A stretch of DNA of 22,880 nucleotides from Chlorokybus atmophyticus (taxonomy: Eukaryota > Plantae > Mesostigma and Chlorokybus algae), in NCBI GenBank assembly GCA_009103225.1, contig RHPI01000385.1:485092-507971 (forward strand), given 5' to 3'. Every line of letters begins with the position of its first letter. Position 1 is the first letter of the stretch. Under the pieces are notes generated by a model, which saw only the letters and a program-made list of their open reading frames with translations, did no database searches and had not been told where the DNA came from. Below are positions 7,678 through 18,369 of the stretch, piece after piece. Position numbers and translations under genes: made by a program.

Positions 7678-10600
7678 GATTACGCCGTGATTAATGTAGA
7701 TGCGGTTGATAGCCAGTTGCTTGAGATGCAAGCAGCAAGCTGGTTTGATGATCTGTCTCAAGTGCATGTAATGACACATGCATGGCAAGCACATGACAAG
7801 TTGCCACTCTTTGATGTTAAAAAAGTGGAAGAGAATGCTTGTGTGCTGGTACATGTGGAGTTCAACATGCTTACCGGTGTGTTGCATGCATTGACTGAGT
7901 TGCAGAATAAGCACAGAACCTTGAGTATGGTGGTGATGGTGCCAAAGTATCATGGCCCATGGTTAAAACATACTCGGGGAGGGTCTGTGTTGAAGCAATT
8001 CAGCAAGCGTGAAACAGGGACAATACGGTTGTCAGCCATATTGATCAACCCTCGCATTAGTCACGGACTCTTGGCTACGTTTCAAAGACGGGTGGTACCT
8101 GTGTTGTGGACATTTAGTGGCACAATGCAGGGTGTAAACAGTTCGTTCTTAATTGACACTGGTGCAACACACAACTTCGTTGAGGAACAATGGGTTGTAC
8201 GCAACAAGATAGCGTGTAAAACCTCAGCATTTTCAGCTGCCGGTGCGGGGGGTGCGTTGCCAGTGAAAGGGGAAATAAAAATGAAAGTAAAGATTGGTAA
8301 TTATCATGCCACTTTTACTTTCATAGTGGTATCCATCGACATATCAGGTGTTGATGTGGTATTAGGACAGGAATGGCAGGAAAATGTCAAAATGACATTG
8401 GATACTGGCGCACGTTTGTGCACGGTAAAGAAAGGTCGTAAGCGTGTAACATTGTCTGTGAAAGGGTCACATAGCTTGGACCACAAGCAGCCCGACCCTG
8501 CGCTACTCACTGCACTGCAAGTGAAACGTGCGTTACGCAAAAACACACCGGCTTTTCTGGTACACTTAACGTCGTCGGACGACTTTGTGCCGGGAAACAC
8601 AGAAGGTGTTGCAGACATCATTGAGAAGTATCAAGATGTGTTCTCAGATGAATTGCCAGGCTTACCTCCTGATCGAGCTGTCGGACACACAATACCACTA
8701 ATTCCTGACAGTGAACCTCCGTTTCGGCCTATATATAGGCTGAGCCCCCGAGAGAGGGGGGAAATGGAAACTCAAATCAAAGAGTTAATGGAAAAGGGAT
8801 TGATTGAACCGAGTTCTTCACCCTTTGGCGCGCCCATCTTGTTTGTGATGAAAAAGAATGGAAAGCTGCGCATGTGTGTGGATTACCGTGCTTTGAACAA
8901 GATCACGGTAAAGAATCGATACCCGTTGCCCCGGATTGATGATGTGTTTGATAAACTGTCGGGAAATGCGTACTTTAGTACGTTGGACTTGACAAGTGGG
9001 TATCATCAAATCCGGATTCATCCTTCTGATGTTTACAAGACAGCATTCAGAACACCTTCGGGCCATTATCAATACAAAGTGTTACCTTTTGGATTGATTA
9101 ATGCGCCGGCAGTGTTTCAGAAGGAAATGAATAAGATTTTTGGTGGCATACTTGGCAAGTATGTTATGGTTTACTTGGATGACATCATTGTCTTTAGTAA
9201 AACCAAGGAAGAGCATAAGCAGCACTTGGAAGCGGTGTTCGCCTTGCTGCGTACACATCGCTTGTTTGCCAATCTTGCGAAGTGTGACTTCTGCAAGACG
9301 GAGTTGCCATTCTTGGGGCACATTGTGAGCGGTGCGGGTGTGAAACCTGACCCTCGCAAAGTGCAAGTTGTAAAGGATTGGCCTCAACCTAAGAATATCC
9401 ATCAGCTGCGATCATTCTTGGGATTGGCAAACTACTTTCGCAAGTTTATGATGGGGTACTCCACAGTAGTGGTGCCTTTGACAAAACTGTTGCGAAAAGA
9501 TGCTCCATTCTTATGGACAGCTGAACAAGAAGCTGCTATGCAACAGGTGAAGCTAGCTTTGACTTCTGCTCCAGTGTTGGCATTGCCAAACTGGGACAAG
9601 CATTTCACTGTAGTTAGCGATGCGTCCACCCTTGGGTGTGGTGCAGTACTGTTGCAAGATGGCAGACCATGTGCTTATGAGAGTAGGAAGTTCATCCCAG
9701 CAGAGGTGAATTACACTACCACCGAGCAAGAGTTGCTTGGTATAGTACATGCTCTGGAAACATGGCGATGTTACTTGGAGGGGGTTCAGTTCACAGTGGT
9801 GACTGATCATAATCCATTGGTGTATTTCTCAACACAGCAAAACTTGTTACGAAGGCAAGCTCGCTGGAATGAGTTTCTGTCTCGGTTTACCTTTGAGTGG
9901 GTATACCGACCAGGCAGAACCAATGTTGCTGATCCTCTGAATCGTTGTCCATCATTGTTGGCAGCTATGCGTGCGCAATTGCTTGCGATGCGCGGTACAT
10001 TGCCACCGGATGATGAGTTTGTGCAAACTGTTGTGCAAGGGTATGCTTGTGACCCATGGTTCTCGTCAGAAGACAACGTGCAAAAGCTGAGCAAACGAGA
10101 CAACTTGTATTATGTGGGCAGCAGCTTGGTAATACCTGACCATGCTGGATTGCGTGCGAAATGCATAGCTGATGTACACGATCCACCATACGCTGGGCAC
10201 TTTGGCAGTCGCAAGACTGTTAAAGCAGCGCAACAGTTGTATTGGTGGCCATCGTTGCCTGTTGACGTAAAACGGTATGTGGACACGTGTGACAAATGTC
10301 AGCGTGATAAGCCGTTACGTCAGAAACCAGCTGGTTTGCTGCGACCATTGCCTATTCCTGATGGCAAATGGGAAAGTGTGAGTATGGACTTAATTACTGA
10401 GCTCCCAGAGACAGCATTAGGTCACACTGCGGTTGCAGTTTTTGTGGATCGTTTGACAAAAATGGTCCACATTGTCCCTTGTCGCACGGAGATAGGCTCC
10501 CGTGAGTTGGCGATGGTTTTTGTCGCGTCTGTGTTTAAGTTGCATGGCTTGCCCCGCAACTTTGTGTCAGATCGCGATCCGCGATTTGTGGCTCAGTTTT

Positions 10601-10932
10601 GGAAGTCGCTCTGCAGCTTCTTACACATTCAGCAGAACATGAGCACTGCTTACCATCCACAGACGGATGGTCAGACAGAACGCGCCAATCAAGTGATTGA
10701 GGAAACCATCAGGCATTATGTGAGCCCGAATCAGAGTGATTGGGATATTTATCTCCCAATGGCTGAGTTTGCGATCAATAATGCATGGCAAGAGAGTGTG
10801 CAGGAAACTCCGTTCTTCTTGAATTACGGAATGCATCCACTGAGTCCTGCGAACATTAAGTTGCCCGCTACTGACGTGACTCGCGTACCTGCAGCGCGCG
10901 AGATGGCTTTTCGGCCATGCAGGATAGGTTAG
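7678..10932 (+). CDS. pol: Element B Pol: MTase-like domain, protease, RT, RNase H, integrase (in frame with gag)
   Basis: LIDTGATHNF; LRMCVDYRALN; VYLDDIIVFS; VVSDAS...ELLGIVHAL...TDHNPL; HDPPYAGH...CDKC; SMDLIT, SDRDPRF, GQTERANQ. Frameshift near 10910. Confidence 0.95.
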   Translation, partial: DYAVINVDAVDSQLLEMQAASWFDDLSQVHVMTHAWQAHDKLPLFDVKKVEENACVLVHVEFNMLTGVLHALTELQNKHRTLSMVVMVPKYHGPWLKHTRGGSVLKQFSKRETGTIRLSAILINPRISHGLLATFQRRVVPVLWTFSGTMQGVNSSFLIDTGATHNFVEEQWVVRNKIACKTSAFSAAGAGGALPVKGEIKMKVKIGNYHATFTFIVVSIDISGVDVVLGQEWQENVKMTLDTGARLCTVKKGRKRVTLSVKGSHSLDHKQPDPALLTALQVKRALRKNTPAFLVHLTSSDDFVPGNTEGVADIIEKYQDVFSDELPGLPPDRAVGHTIPLIPDSEPPFRPIYRLSPRERGEMETQIKELMEKGLIEPSSSPFGAPILFVMKKNGKLRMCVDYRALNKITVKNRYPLPRIDDVFDKLSGNAYFSTLDLTSGYHQIRIHPSDVYKTAFRTPSGHYQYKVLPFGLINAPAVFQKEMNKIFGGILGKYVMVYLDDIIVFSKTKEEHKQHLEAVFALLRTHRLFANLAKCDFCKTELPFLGHIVSGAGVKPDPRKVQVVKDWPQPKNIHQLRSFLGLANYFRKFMMGYSTVVVPLTKLLRKDAPFLWTAEQEAAMQQVKLALTSAPVLALPNWDKHFTVVSDASTLGCGAVLLQDGRPCAYESRKFIPAEVNYTTTEQELLGIVHALETWRCYLEGVQFTVVTDHNPLVYFSTQQNLLRRQARWNEFLSRFTFEWVYRPGRTNVADPLNRCPSLLAAMRAQLLAMRGTLPPDDEFVQTVVQGYACDPWFSSEDNVQKLSKRDNLYYVGSSLVIPDHAGLRAKCIADVHDPPYAGHFGSRKTVKAAQQLYWWPSLPVDVKRYVDTCDKCQRDKPLRQKPAGLLRPLPIPDGKWESVSMDLITELPETALGHTAVAVFVDRLTKMVHIVPCRTEIGSRELAMVFVASVFKLHGLPRNFVSDRDPRFVAQFWKSLCSFLHIQQNMSTAYHPQTDGQTERANQVIEETIRHYVSPNQSDWDIYLPMAEFAINNAWQESVQETPFFLNYGMHPLSPANIKLPATDVTRVPAAREMAFRPCRIG

Positions 10933-11458
10933 CGTTGGCAAAAGACTGTCTGCGCGCAGCGCAAGACAGACAAAAAGCCCAAGCTGATGCGCATCGTAGA
11001 GAGGCCACTGGCCTCTCTACGATGTGGGCTGTTCGGTGCTTTTAAGTACCAAAAACGTATCCATCAAGGGAGTGGGTACCCGCAAGTTTTTCCCTCGCTG
11101 GATAGGCCCTTTCAAAGTGACTGATCGGGTCGGCACTCACGCGTATCGTTTGGACTTGCCAAAGTCGATACGCATTCACAATGTGTTTCATGTGAGTGTA
11201 CTGAAACCGTATCGTTCGGACGGTCGGGTTCAACCTCCTCCACCCCCCGTTGCAGTGGATGGCGACGATACTTTCGAGTATGAGGTGGAAGCAATCCTGA
11301 GTCACCGTAAGCCTCGACGCGGACGCGCGCCGTCTTACTTGGTGATATGAAAAGGGTATGGTGTTGAGCACAACACGTGGGAGCCCGAAAGGAATCTTAC
11401 CAACTGCCAAGAGATTCTTCGGGGGTACTGGAGTGCTGTGTCCACACGCGGACGGTAA
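10911..11458 (+). pseudogene. Element B integrase C-terminus (GPY/F-type motif) and chromodomain, disrupted
   Basis: AMQDRLALAKDCLRAAQDRQK, then RWIGPFKV, then YEVEAILSHR...YLVI*KGYGVEHNTWEPERNL. Two frameshifts (~10910, 11010-11017) and TGG>TGA at 11348-11350. Confidence 0.92.
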
Positions 11459-11568
11459 AAGGGTGCTGGCAGACATCTTTACCGCTTCGGCCCTGGTTCT
11501 CTTTCTGCTTTGGTTCTCGGTGCTCATAGTGGGGCTTTGCTAACCCTTCAATGAGGACATTGAAACCT

Positions 11569-11581
11569 AAGTGGGGGGGAA
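11569..11581 (+). promoter_or_regulatory. Polypurine tract of B
   Basis: AAGTGGGGGGGAA abutting the 3' LTR. Confidence 0.9.
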
Positions 11582-11930
11582 TGTAACGGAGTGCTACCTC
11601 TATAGAGGTTCCCCGCCCTTATTTAGGATTAAATAAGGGTCCCAACGGGTATATACAGCCAATTAAGCCGTATTAGGGCCGCTAACCTAGTGTTAAGGCC
11701 CTAATGTAGTGTTACTTAATTGTAACACTGATATCGACATGAGACATGAGTCTCATGTCGATATCAGCTGTATGGCGGCACTGCTAACGCAGCAGCCGCC
11801 ATAGCCAGGGCATCTTCTGCCAGGGCATCTTCTGCTTCGGCAGTTGCCCTGGCGGCGGCGGTGACGGCGTCGTGGCTGGTGGCGGTGTTGGGGTAGGGGA
11901 TTAAAGGGGGCGGTAGCACCCCTCCTTACA
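11582..11930 (+). repeat. Element B 3' LTR (349 bp)
   Basis: Copy of the 5' LTR plus a 15-bp tandem duplication (CCAGGGCATCTTCTG). Confidence 0.97.
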
Positions 11931-11935
11931 GCATC

Positions 11936-12498
11936 CCTGACCAATGTCCCTTCCCACGTGGCCGTCAGCTCTGTGTCCACATCGGTCCAGTGGTGGTATT
12001 GCGGCATGGGCTCCTATTACACTGCGTGTAGCAGTTGTCGCCGCATGTCGTTGGTGATGGTGGGGACCCGCGAGAGCCCTGCCATGTAGGCATCCCATTT
12101 CCCTTGTAACACACCTACATCAAGCACCGTCATGGCGCGTGCGCGTATGGTGCATTGGAGGTTGGTCTGCTGCACATGTAGCGCATGAGCAATGGTGGTG
12201 CGCCGACGCTGTCGTGCGGCTTCTACTCCTGGCAGCCGTAGAATTCCTTATTGCACTCCCTCCAGGGTGTTCGGAGCAGTTGTGGCAGCTTTATCGCATG
12301 CTTGTCGCAGCGAGCGGAGGAATGCCCCCAACCATGATGCTTTGTTGCCAAAGGCAAATATCATATGATGGGGACAACGAGGAGATTCGCAATGAGCCAT
12401 GTCACCAGCCATGCTTGGATTGCGCTGCCCTCTCGCATCCCTATCATCTGTCATCGTGCACTGCCCTCCGGCCTGTGCGACATGGTTGCTTGTCGTTG
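11936..12498 (-). pseudogene. Element A gag-like region (degenerate)
   Basis: One long frame with sparse stops (WLGAFLRSLRQAC...GVQ*GILRLPG...QGKWDAYMAGLSRVPTITNDMRRQLL) that continues across the B insertion site. Gag identity rests on position, not on a recognised motif. Confidence 0.5.
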
Positions 12499-13317
12499 GG
12501 TAAATTCACCTAATTTCGGAAGGTTGTTAGCCTGTAAATTTCCTACAGTGCTTTTTTGGCGGTAGAGTATGTATGTTTTTTGAAGCTGAGGGTTTTAAGT
12601 ACTCAGCGGTACTTATTTTTATTTTTGGACAAATACTGCCCCGTCGGTAGTGCGCAAAAGTAGGGTGGTTTTGGGGTTTCCGCAAAAGCGGAGTTGACCC
12701 CAATTTTTAAAGTACCTCACTACCTTTTGAGCTATTTGACGGCTCTCCCAGGGTAGTAAATGGCTAATTCTTTATAGTTAAGACCGGTGGCGACCTTATA
12801 CATCACTATTGTGGCCAACACCAACATTTTAAGCGGCCCAACTTGGATATAACAATCATACCACCGCGGTGCCCATAACCATGTGCAAGGGCACTTACTA
12901 AGTGCCCCTGCACATGGTCCCTATAGTATAGGAAGAATCAGAATCACTTGAAGTGGATTAACTTTGGGTGTACCGCCGCGAATAATGTGAAACTTGAAAA
13001 CTTACTCTTACATAAATGCAGGATTTCGTAGCGCTCAACCCCGCCCTAGTTGGTGAAGTATTGCAAATGTTACTAATAAATTAAGCGTTGTGAAAAGTAA
13101 GATTACAAATGTGAATTACAAGTTGACATACACTCATAATTATGGTGCTAGCGCAATACATGGTCGTTTAAGCCGGTCTTAAATTTGTTGAATAGCTCTT
13201 AATGAACTCTATCATCCCTATAAATTACACTATAATCGGACGTTGCATGCGCCGTTCAGCTCACCTCAAGTACCCATCTATGAAATTAGGGTCAACTCCG
13301 ATCTAGGTGAAGTTACC
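12499..13317. mobile_element. Non-autonomous TIR DNA element (819 bp, AT-rich; possibly PIF-Harbinger or Zator-like)
   Basis: Ends GGTAAATTCACCTA and (reverse complement) GGTAACTTCACCTA, 13/14 identical. Flanks TTG/TAG could be a mutated 3-bp TSD. The subterminal motif CGGAGTTGACCC recurs at ~12689 and inverted at ~13289. No ORF. Confidence 0.65.
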
Positions 13318-13339
13318 TAGGAGCGCGCCGCGGAGTTGT

Positions 13340-14204
13340 TGTAACGTGGGACACACACTTACCTGCTCGTGTATGTCACATACTTGTGCACAGGCACAAG
13401 AACTTCTTCACAACATACCATGGTGCAGCACCTTGTTAAAGGAATGACCAGCACCGCAACGGGATGGAGAGGATGCACAACAAACCCTCCACTCAGCTCA
13501 CACACACTCAAGCACACCCCACTCACGTGCAAGGCTGCTACGGACACTACAACCCACTTGGGATGAGAGCCAGAGCCCCTTGAACAACTGAACTAGGCAC
13601 CCCACACACAAGAGTCGAGTATGCACATGCTGAGCTGCCTCAACACTTGTTGAGGCCGTTCATATACCCCCTCTTTGCTGCTGTCCAACCTAGAACAACC
13701 ATGTCCAAGGCTACTTGCCTTGTCATGGCTGCGTTGACCTATACTCATGCCTAGGAGCTGCCACATCAGCCCTAGGGCATCTTGTCAACGCCCAAGACTG
13801 ATCACACATCAGCCTCGGACATCGTGAACGCCCAAGGCTGGTCACATCAGTCTAGGACCTCATACATATGCATACATATGCGAACATATGCGAACATATG
13901 CATACACATGCATACATCACTCATATCCGCACATATGAACTCATATGCGGACACATGCATGCATATGCAACCATATGCATATACATGCGGACATATGACA
14001 CCGACCAGCTCTGTGCTTGCTAGTAGACAGTGCCTATGTGTAGCTACAACGCCCTTGCACACTAAGTGCACAGAAACAAACTTCATGAGCACATATGCCA
14101 AGTACTACACAACTTGACTATACGGGATCCTCACTTAGTTCTTCCTACTTACCACATAAGTAAGGAACATGAGAGTGACTTTTGCCAGCCCTTTGGGCGT
14201 GACA
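13340..14204 (-). repeat. Element C 3' LTR (865 bp)
   Basis: Near-identical to 19676-20537. Contains a CATATG-rich array (~13860-13995) and a ~40-bp degenerate tandem repeat (~13760-13860). Confidence 0.97.
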
Positions 14205-14217
14205 TATCTCCCCACTT
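14205..14217 (-). promoter_or_regulatory. Polypurine tract of C
   Basis: AAGTGGGGAGATA on the minus strand, abutting the 3' LTR. Confidence 0.85.
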
Positions 14218-14452
14218 GCATTGCAACTCCCATGTTGCAAATGATGGAGCTCTTTGCCCCGCACAATGATTGCCAGCCAGGTTGGCCAAGCCTGCTGAAC
14301 CACCGCACACTACGCGTAAAACAAAATGCAAGTCGCGAGAGTGACAACCAACTCTGATACTAAGTACCAGTGCGCGCGTATTGGCATGTCACATGGAAGA
14401 GAAAGTTGCACGTGTTTGTACAACACCTATGTTGCAACCCGAGCACATGCTC

Positions 14453-17400
14453 TCAAGTGGCATCTGTGCATTTAAGCTCACTCTCAAGCTCACCCAACTT
14501 GTCAGCACAGTTTGTCAAGTTGGAAATAGGCTCCCAGGTGTTATGCTCTTCGCCATAACCAAGCCACTTGACAAGATATTCAGTGCGGAAGGTCTTCTTG
14601 TACTTCCGGAACCTCTTGCCAACAACTGCCTCAACCTCATACTCGAGGTCTCCCTCTACCTCCACATGGAGGTGGAGGAGGCTGCACCGGGCCATCACTT
14701 CAGTATGGCTTCAACAGTGCCTCATGGAACACACTGTGGATTCGCATGCTCTTTGGCAATTCAATCTTAAGGGCACGGTCACCAACAGCTGCTGTAATTG
14801 TGCACGGCCCTAGCCACCTGGGTAGAAGCTTGCGCACACCACTAGTCTTGAGTCTAATGTTCTTAGAACTCAGCAAGACCTTGTCTCCTATTTTGAGATC
14901 AGCACCAGGCTTGCGCTGCCGATCAGCATATTTTTGCCGATCTTGGGCTGCTCTCAAGCAGTCCTTGGCACTTGCCAATGCAGCATGCATCTGCTCTGTA
15001 AAGTCTCAAGCCGTTGGCACTTTGCTAAATGGCTAAACTTGCAGAGACATTGGTGTCAACGGATGACGACCATAGTTGAGAAAGAACGGAGTGCTGTGCG
15101 TTGACTCTTGCCATGCATTGTTTACAGCAAACTCGGCCAATGCAAGGTGCACATCCCAGTCATCAAACCTGGGTGATGTGTAGTGGCGCAGCACGTCTAC
15201 AAGCACCTGGTTTGCACGCTCCGTCTGTCCATCACTCTGTGGATGGTAAGCAGTGCTCAAGCTCTGCTTAGTTCCCAAGTATTGGCACACAGCCTGCCAG
15301 AACTGACTGGTAAACCTGGGATCACGGTCTGATACCAACTCTTTGGGTACACCGTGCAGTTTGAACACCGTGTTCACAAAAGCATATGCAAACTCTTGCG
15401 CGCTCACATCTGTGCGACATGGCTCAAACCGGACCATCTTGGTCAACCGATCAACAAAGACAATGATGGCATCATGCCCTTGTTTTGTCTCCCATTAATA
15501 GCTTGGGATAGCCAACGGCTTAAGTAGCCCTGCTGGCTTGCGGTGTGAGGCCTTGTCACGTTGACAAGTGTCACAACTTTGCACATACTTGGTTGCATCA
15601 GCAACCAATGTCGGCCACCAGTACTGTCGCTGCAGTAACTTGATGGTCTTGATCATGCCCATGTCACCGCTGTATACAGCATTGTGTGCCTCAAACAAGC
15701 ATTCTTGCCTAAGTCCGTGTGCATCTGGCACAATCAACTTGCCCTCGCGGTACTACAACCCTTTGTGACAAATGATCTTGTCGTCTCCTTGCTTAAGCAG
15801 CTCGGCAAACCAGTTGTCAAGTGCATAAGCCCGTGGTAGACGTGCCACAATGTCTTCAATATCAACAGCCAGTGGGTCCTCCTCACTTGCATTGGAAGCT
15901 ACCATTGCTGCATCACCGCTAGCTGCCTCACTTGCAACTAGCAACTCACATGTTGCTGGCTGCGCTGATGTACCAGCACCTGTGTCATCAAACTGTGCCC
16001 ACCCTTGACTGCGTGCACGTGCACGTGTCGTTGCTGCCAATAACAAAGGCGAGCGACTTAAGGGATCTGCCACATTCACCCTACCTGAACGATACACCCA
16101 AGTTAAGTTGAAACGCGACAAAAACTCAGCCCACCTTGCTTGTCTTCGGGACAAGGTTGGTTGGGTCCGAAAGAAAACAAGTGGGTTGTGATCGGTAATC
16201 ATCGTGAACCCACCTTCCACCCCCTCCGGATAGCAGCGCCACTCCTGTAGCGCATGGACCATTCCAAACAACTCTTGCTCAGTTGTGGTATAGTTTCTCT
16301 CAGTAGGAGAGAACTTCTTGCTCAAGTACGCAAGAGGGTGTCCTGAAGCAACACAGCTCACGTGCCATTTAGAGATGCATCGCTAATCACCTCAAAGGGC
16401 TTGGTGAAGTCTGGCAACTGTAACACAGGTGTTGTCACCAGAGCCTCTTTGATAGAATAAAAGGCACCTGTTGCCCGTGTCCCCACCTCCACACAACCTT
16501 GTTACGTAGCAGTTTTGTGAGAGGAGCAACTCGCGATGAGTATCCAAGGATGTACTTCCGGAATTAATTGCTTAGCCCCAAGAATGCTCGCAACTCATGC
16601 ACGTTCTTGGGTACGGGCCATTCTTGGACCTTAGCAACCTTCTTGGAGTCAGGGCGCACGCCCTCCTTGCTTACAATGTGCCCCAAGAACACAAATTCCG
16701 TCCTCCCAAACTCACACCTGGGCATGTACGCAAAGAACTTGTTTGCACGCAGCGTTTCAAAAACGTCACGCACATGTGTAACATGTGACTCAGGGTCTTT
16801 ACTGAAGACCATGATGTCATCGAAATACACAAGTACTGTCTTCCCAATCAGCTTGTGAAACACACGGTTCATCATAGCTTGAAAGGTAGCTGGCGCATTC
16901 GTCAGCCCAAATGGCAACTTTGTACTAAAAGTGTCCCACAGGCGTTTTAAACGCTGTCTTGGGCACATCTTCCGGTGTGATCCGGATCTGGTGGTACCCA
17001 CTGATCAAGTTTAAGGAGGTGAACACTGAGGCCCCGCTCAGTTAATCAAGCAAATCATCTATCCTCGGCAACGGATACCTGTTCTTAATGGTAAGCTTGT
17101 TTAAGGCCCTATAGTTCACGCACATTCGCAGCCTGCCGTCCTTCTTAGGTACGAACAGAATGGGTGCTTCGAAGGGAGAGCTACTTGGCTCAATCAATCC
17201 CTTCGCAAGAAAGGCCTTGATTTGCCTCTTCATGTCCGCAAACTCAGCTGCACTCAACTTATACACAGGCCTAAATGGAGGTTGTCCTCTTGATACGAGA
17301 GGGATAGTGTGCCACACTTCCCGCTCAAGAGGCAACTCAGGCAACTCAGCTTGAAACACATAAAAATCCTCATGCAGCAGAGCGTCAAGTGCATTGTCCT

Positions 17401-18369
17401 GTGAGCTGCTAACAGTCTCACCGGGTGGAGTGGTGGCCTCATCGCTGGCAAGTGGCTTGACCAGAGGACCAGAAGAGGTTCAGCACCTCTCCGCACAGCT
17501 CTTTTCACCTGCATGGCACTCAACAATAGAGGGAACACGTCACTTGATGTGTCACCGTGAGTGGAGGGCATGACATCACACCCTTCAACTCTCAGGGTCA
17601 CACGCCCTCGCCCTTTGCGCACGCTGCAAAGGCCAGTGTCTGCATCTGTGCGCAGGCCATTAGCACGCTCCCAGCGAGCACCAAGAATGACATCAACACC
17701 TGGTACTTCAACTGGCACAACCAAGAACCTCAGTTGAGCATGATAGCCTTGCACACGCAAAGACAGATGCACGGACCCTTTGACTGGGATCTCATGCTCA
17801 TCAAGTGAGGTCACTGCCTCACTTGCCTTCTCGACATGAATGCCAAGACGCCGCACCAGAGACTCACTTATAAAGTTCTTCGGTGTACCAGTATCTATCT
17901 TCAGAGTAGCTGGTATGCGTGCAACTGACGCCTTGAACAACCATGTAAGGTCCAAGTGATTTCCCCGGTGGAGAACAGGCGGGTCATACATGACACGCAC
18001 ATAGCACCCTATGCCAGTTTGTGACTTGTCAATCTCCTGAATGACTTGCATACCCTTTATAAAGGACGACCATGGTCCTCTATACGCGGGCACAATGACA
18101 CATGCACTTGTGTTATGCGGACTCTTGCTCTTGCACTCAACATAGTGCTTGAGCACCGTTGACAACTTGTCAAAGGGCGCATTGAGCAGCACTTGCTTGC
18201 TCACACAGTCATGCATCAGAAATTTGGGGTCGATAGGCACACCCACATCATTTTCCCACACAGCAACATCGCATGTCAACAGGGAAGCATGTGGATTGCC
18301 AACAGTCATCAAGCAACTTACAGAGTTGGCAACAGGGCTACTAGTAGAACAGCTCTTCACCTCGAGTTC
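14453..18369 (-). pseudogene. pol: Element C pol: MTase-like domain, protease, RT, RNase H, integrase, chromodomain; many stops and frameshifts
   Basis: KIDTGTPKNF; [11 protein letters not shown]; VYFDDIMVFS; ELFGMVHAL..TDHNPL; EAHNAVYSGD...CDTC; SDRDPRF; GQTERANQ; RWLGPC; YEVEAVVGKR...YLVKWLGYGEEHNTWEP. Confidence 0.93.

Larger units (their letters stand above)
5049..11930 (+). mobile_element. Element B: near-intact chromovirus (Ty3/gypsy LTR retrotransposon with chromodomain)
   Basis: TG...CA LTRs, 5-bp TSD GCATC (5044-5048, 11931-11935), PBS, PPT, and gag, PR-RT-RH-INT-chromodomain. Confidence 0.97.

Noticed and set aside
6283-7953. Antisense ORFs over B gag (e.g. 7219..7953, 6283..6696)
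   Set aside because: Shadow frames of a coding region with no recognisable motifs.
13359-14347. Short ORFs duplicated at 19695-20602
   Set aside because: They are duplicated only because they lie in the two LTRs; low complexity, no domain.
15322-15340. PBS-like TCTGATACCA inside element C
   Set aside because: It is the coding sequence of the integrase LVSDRD motif and is not adjacent to an LTR.
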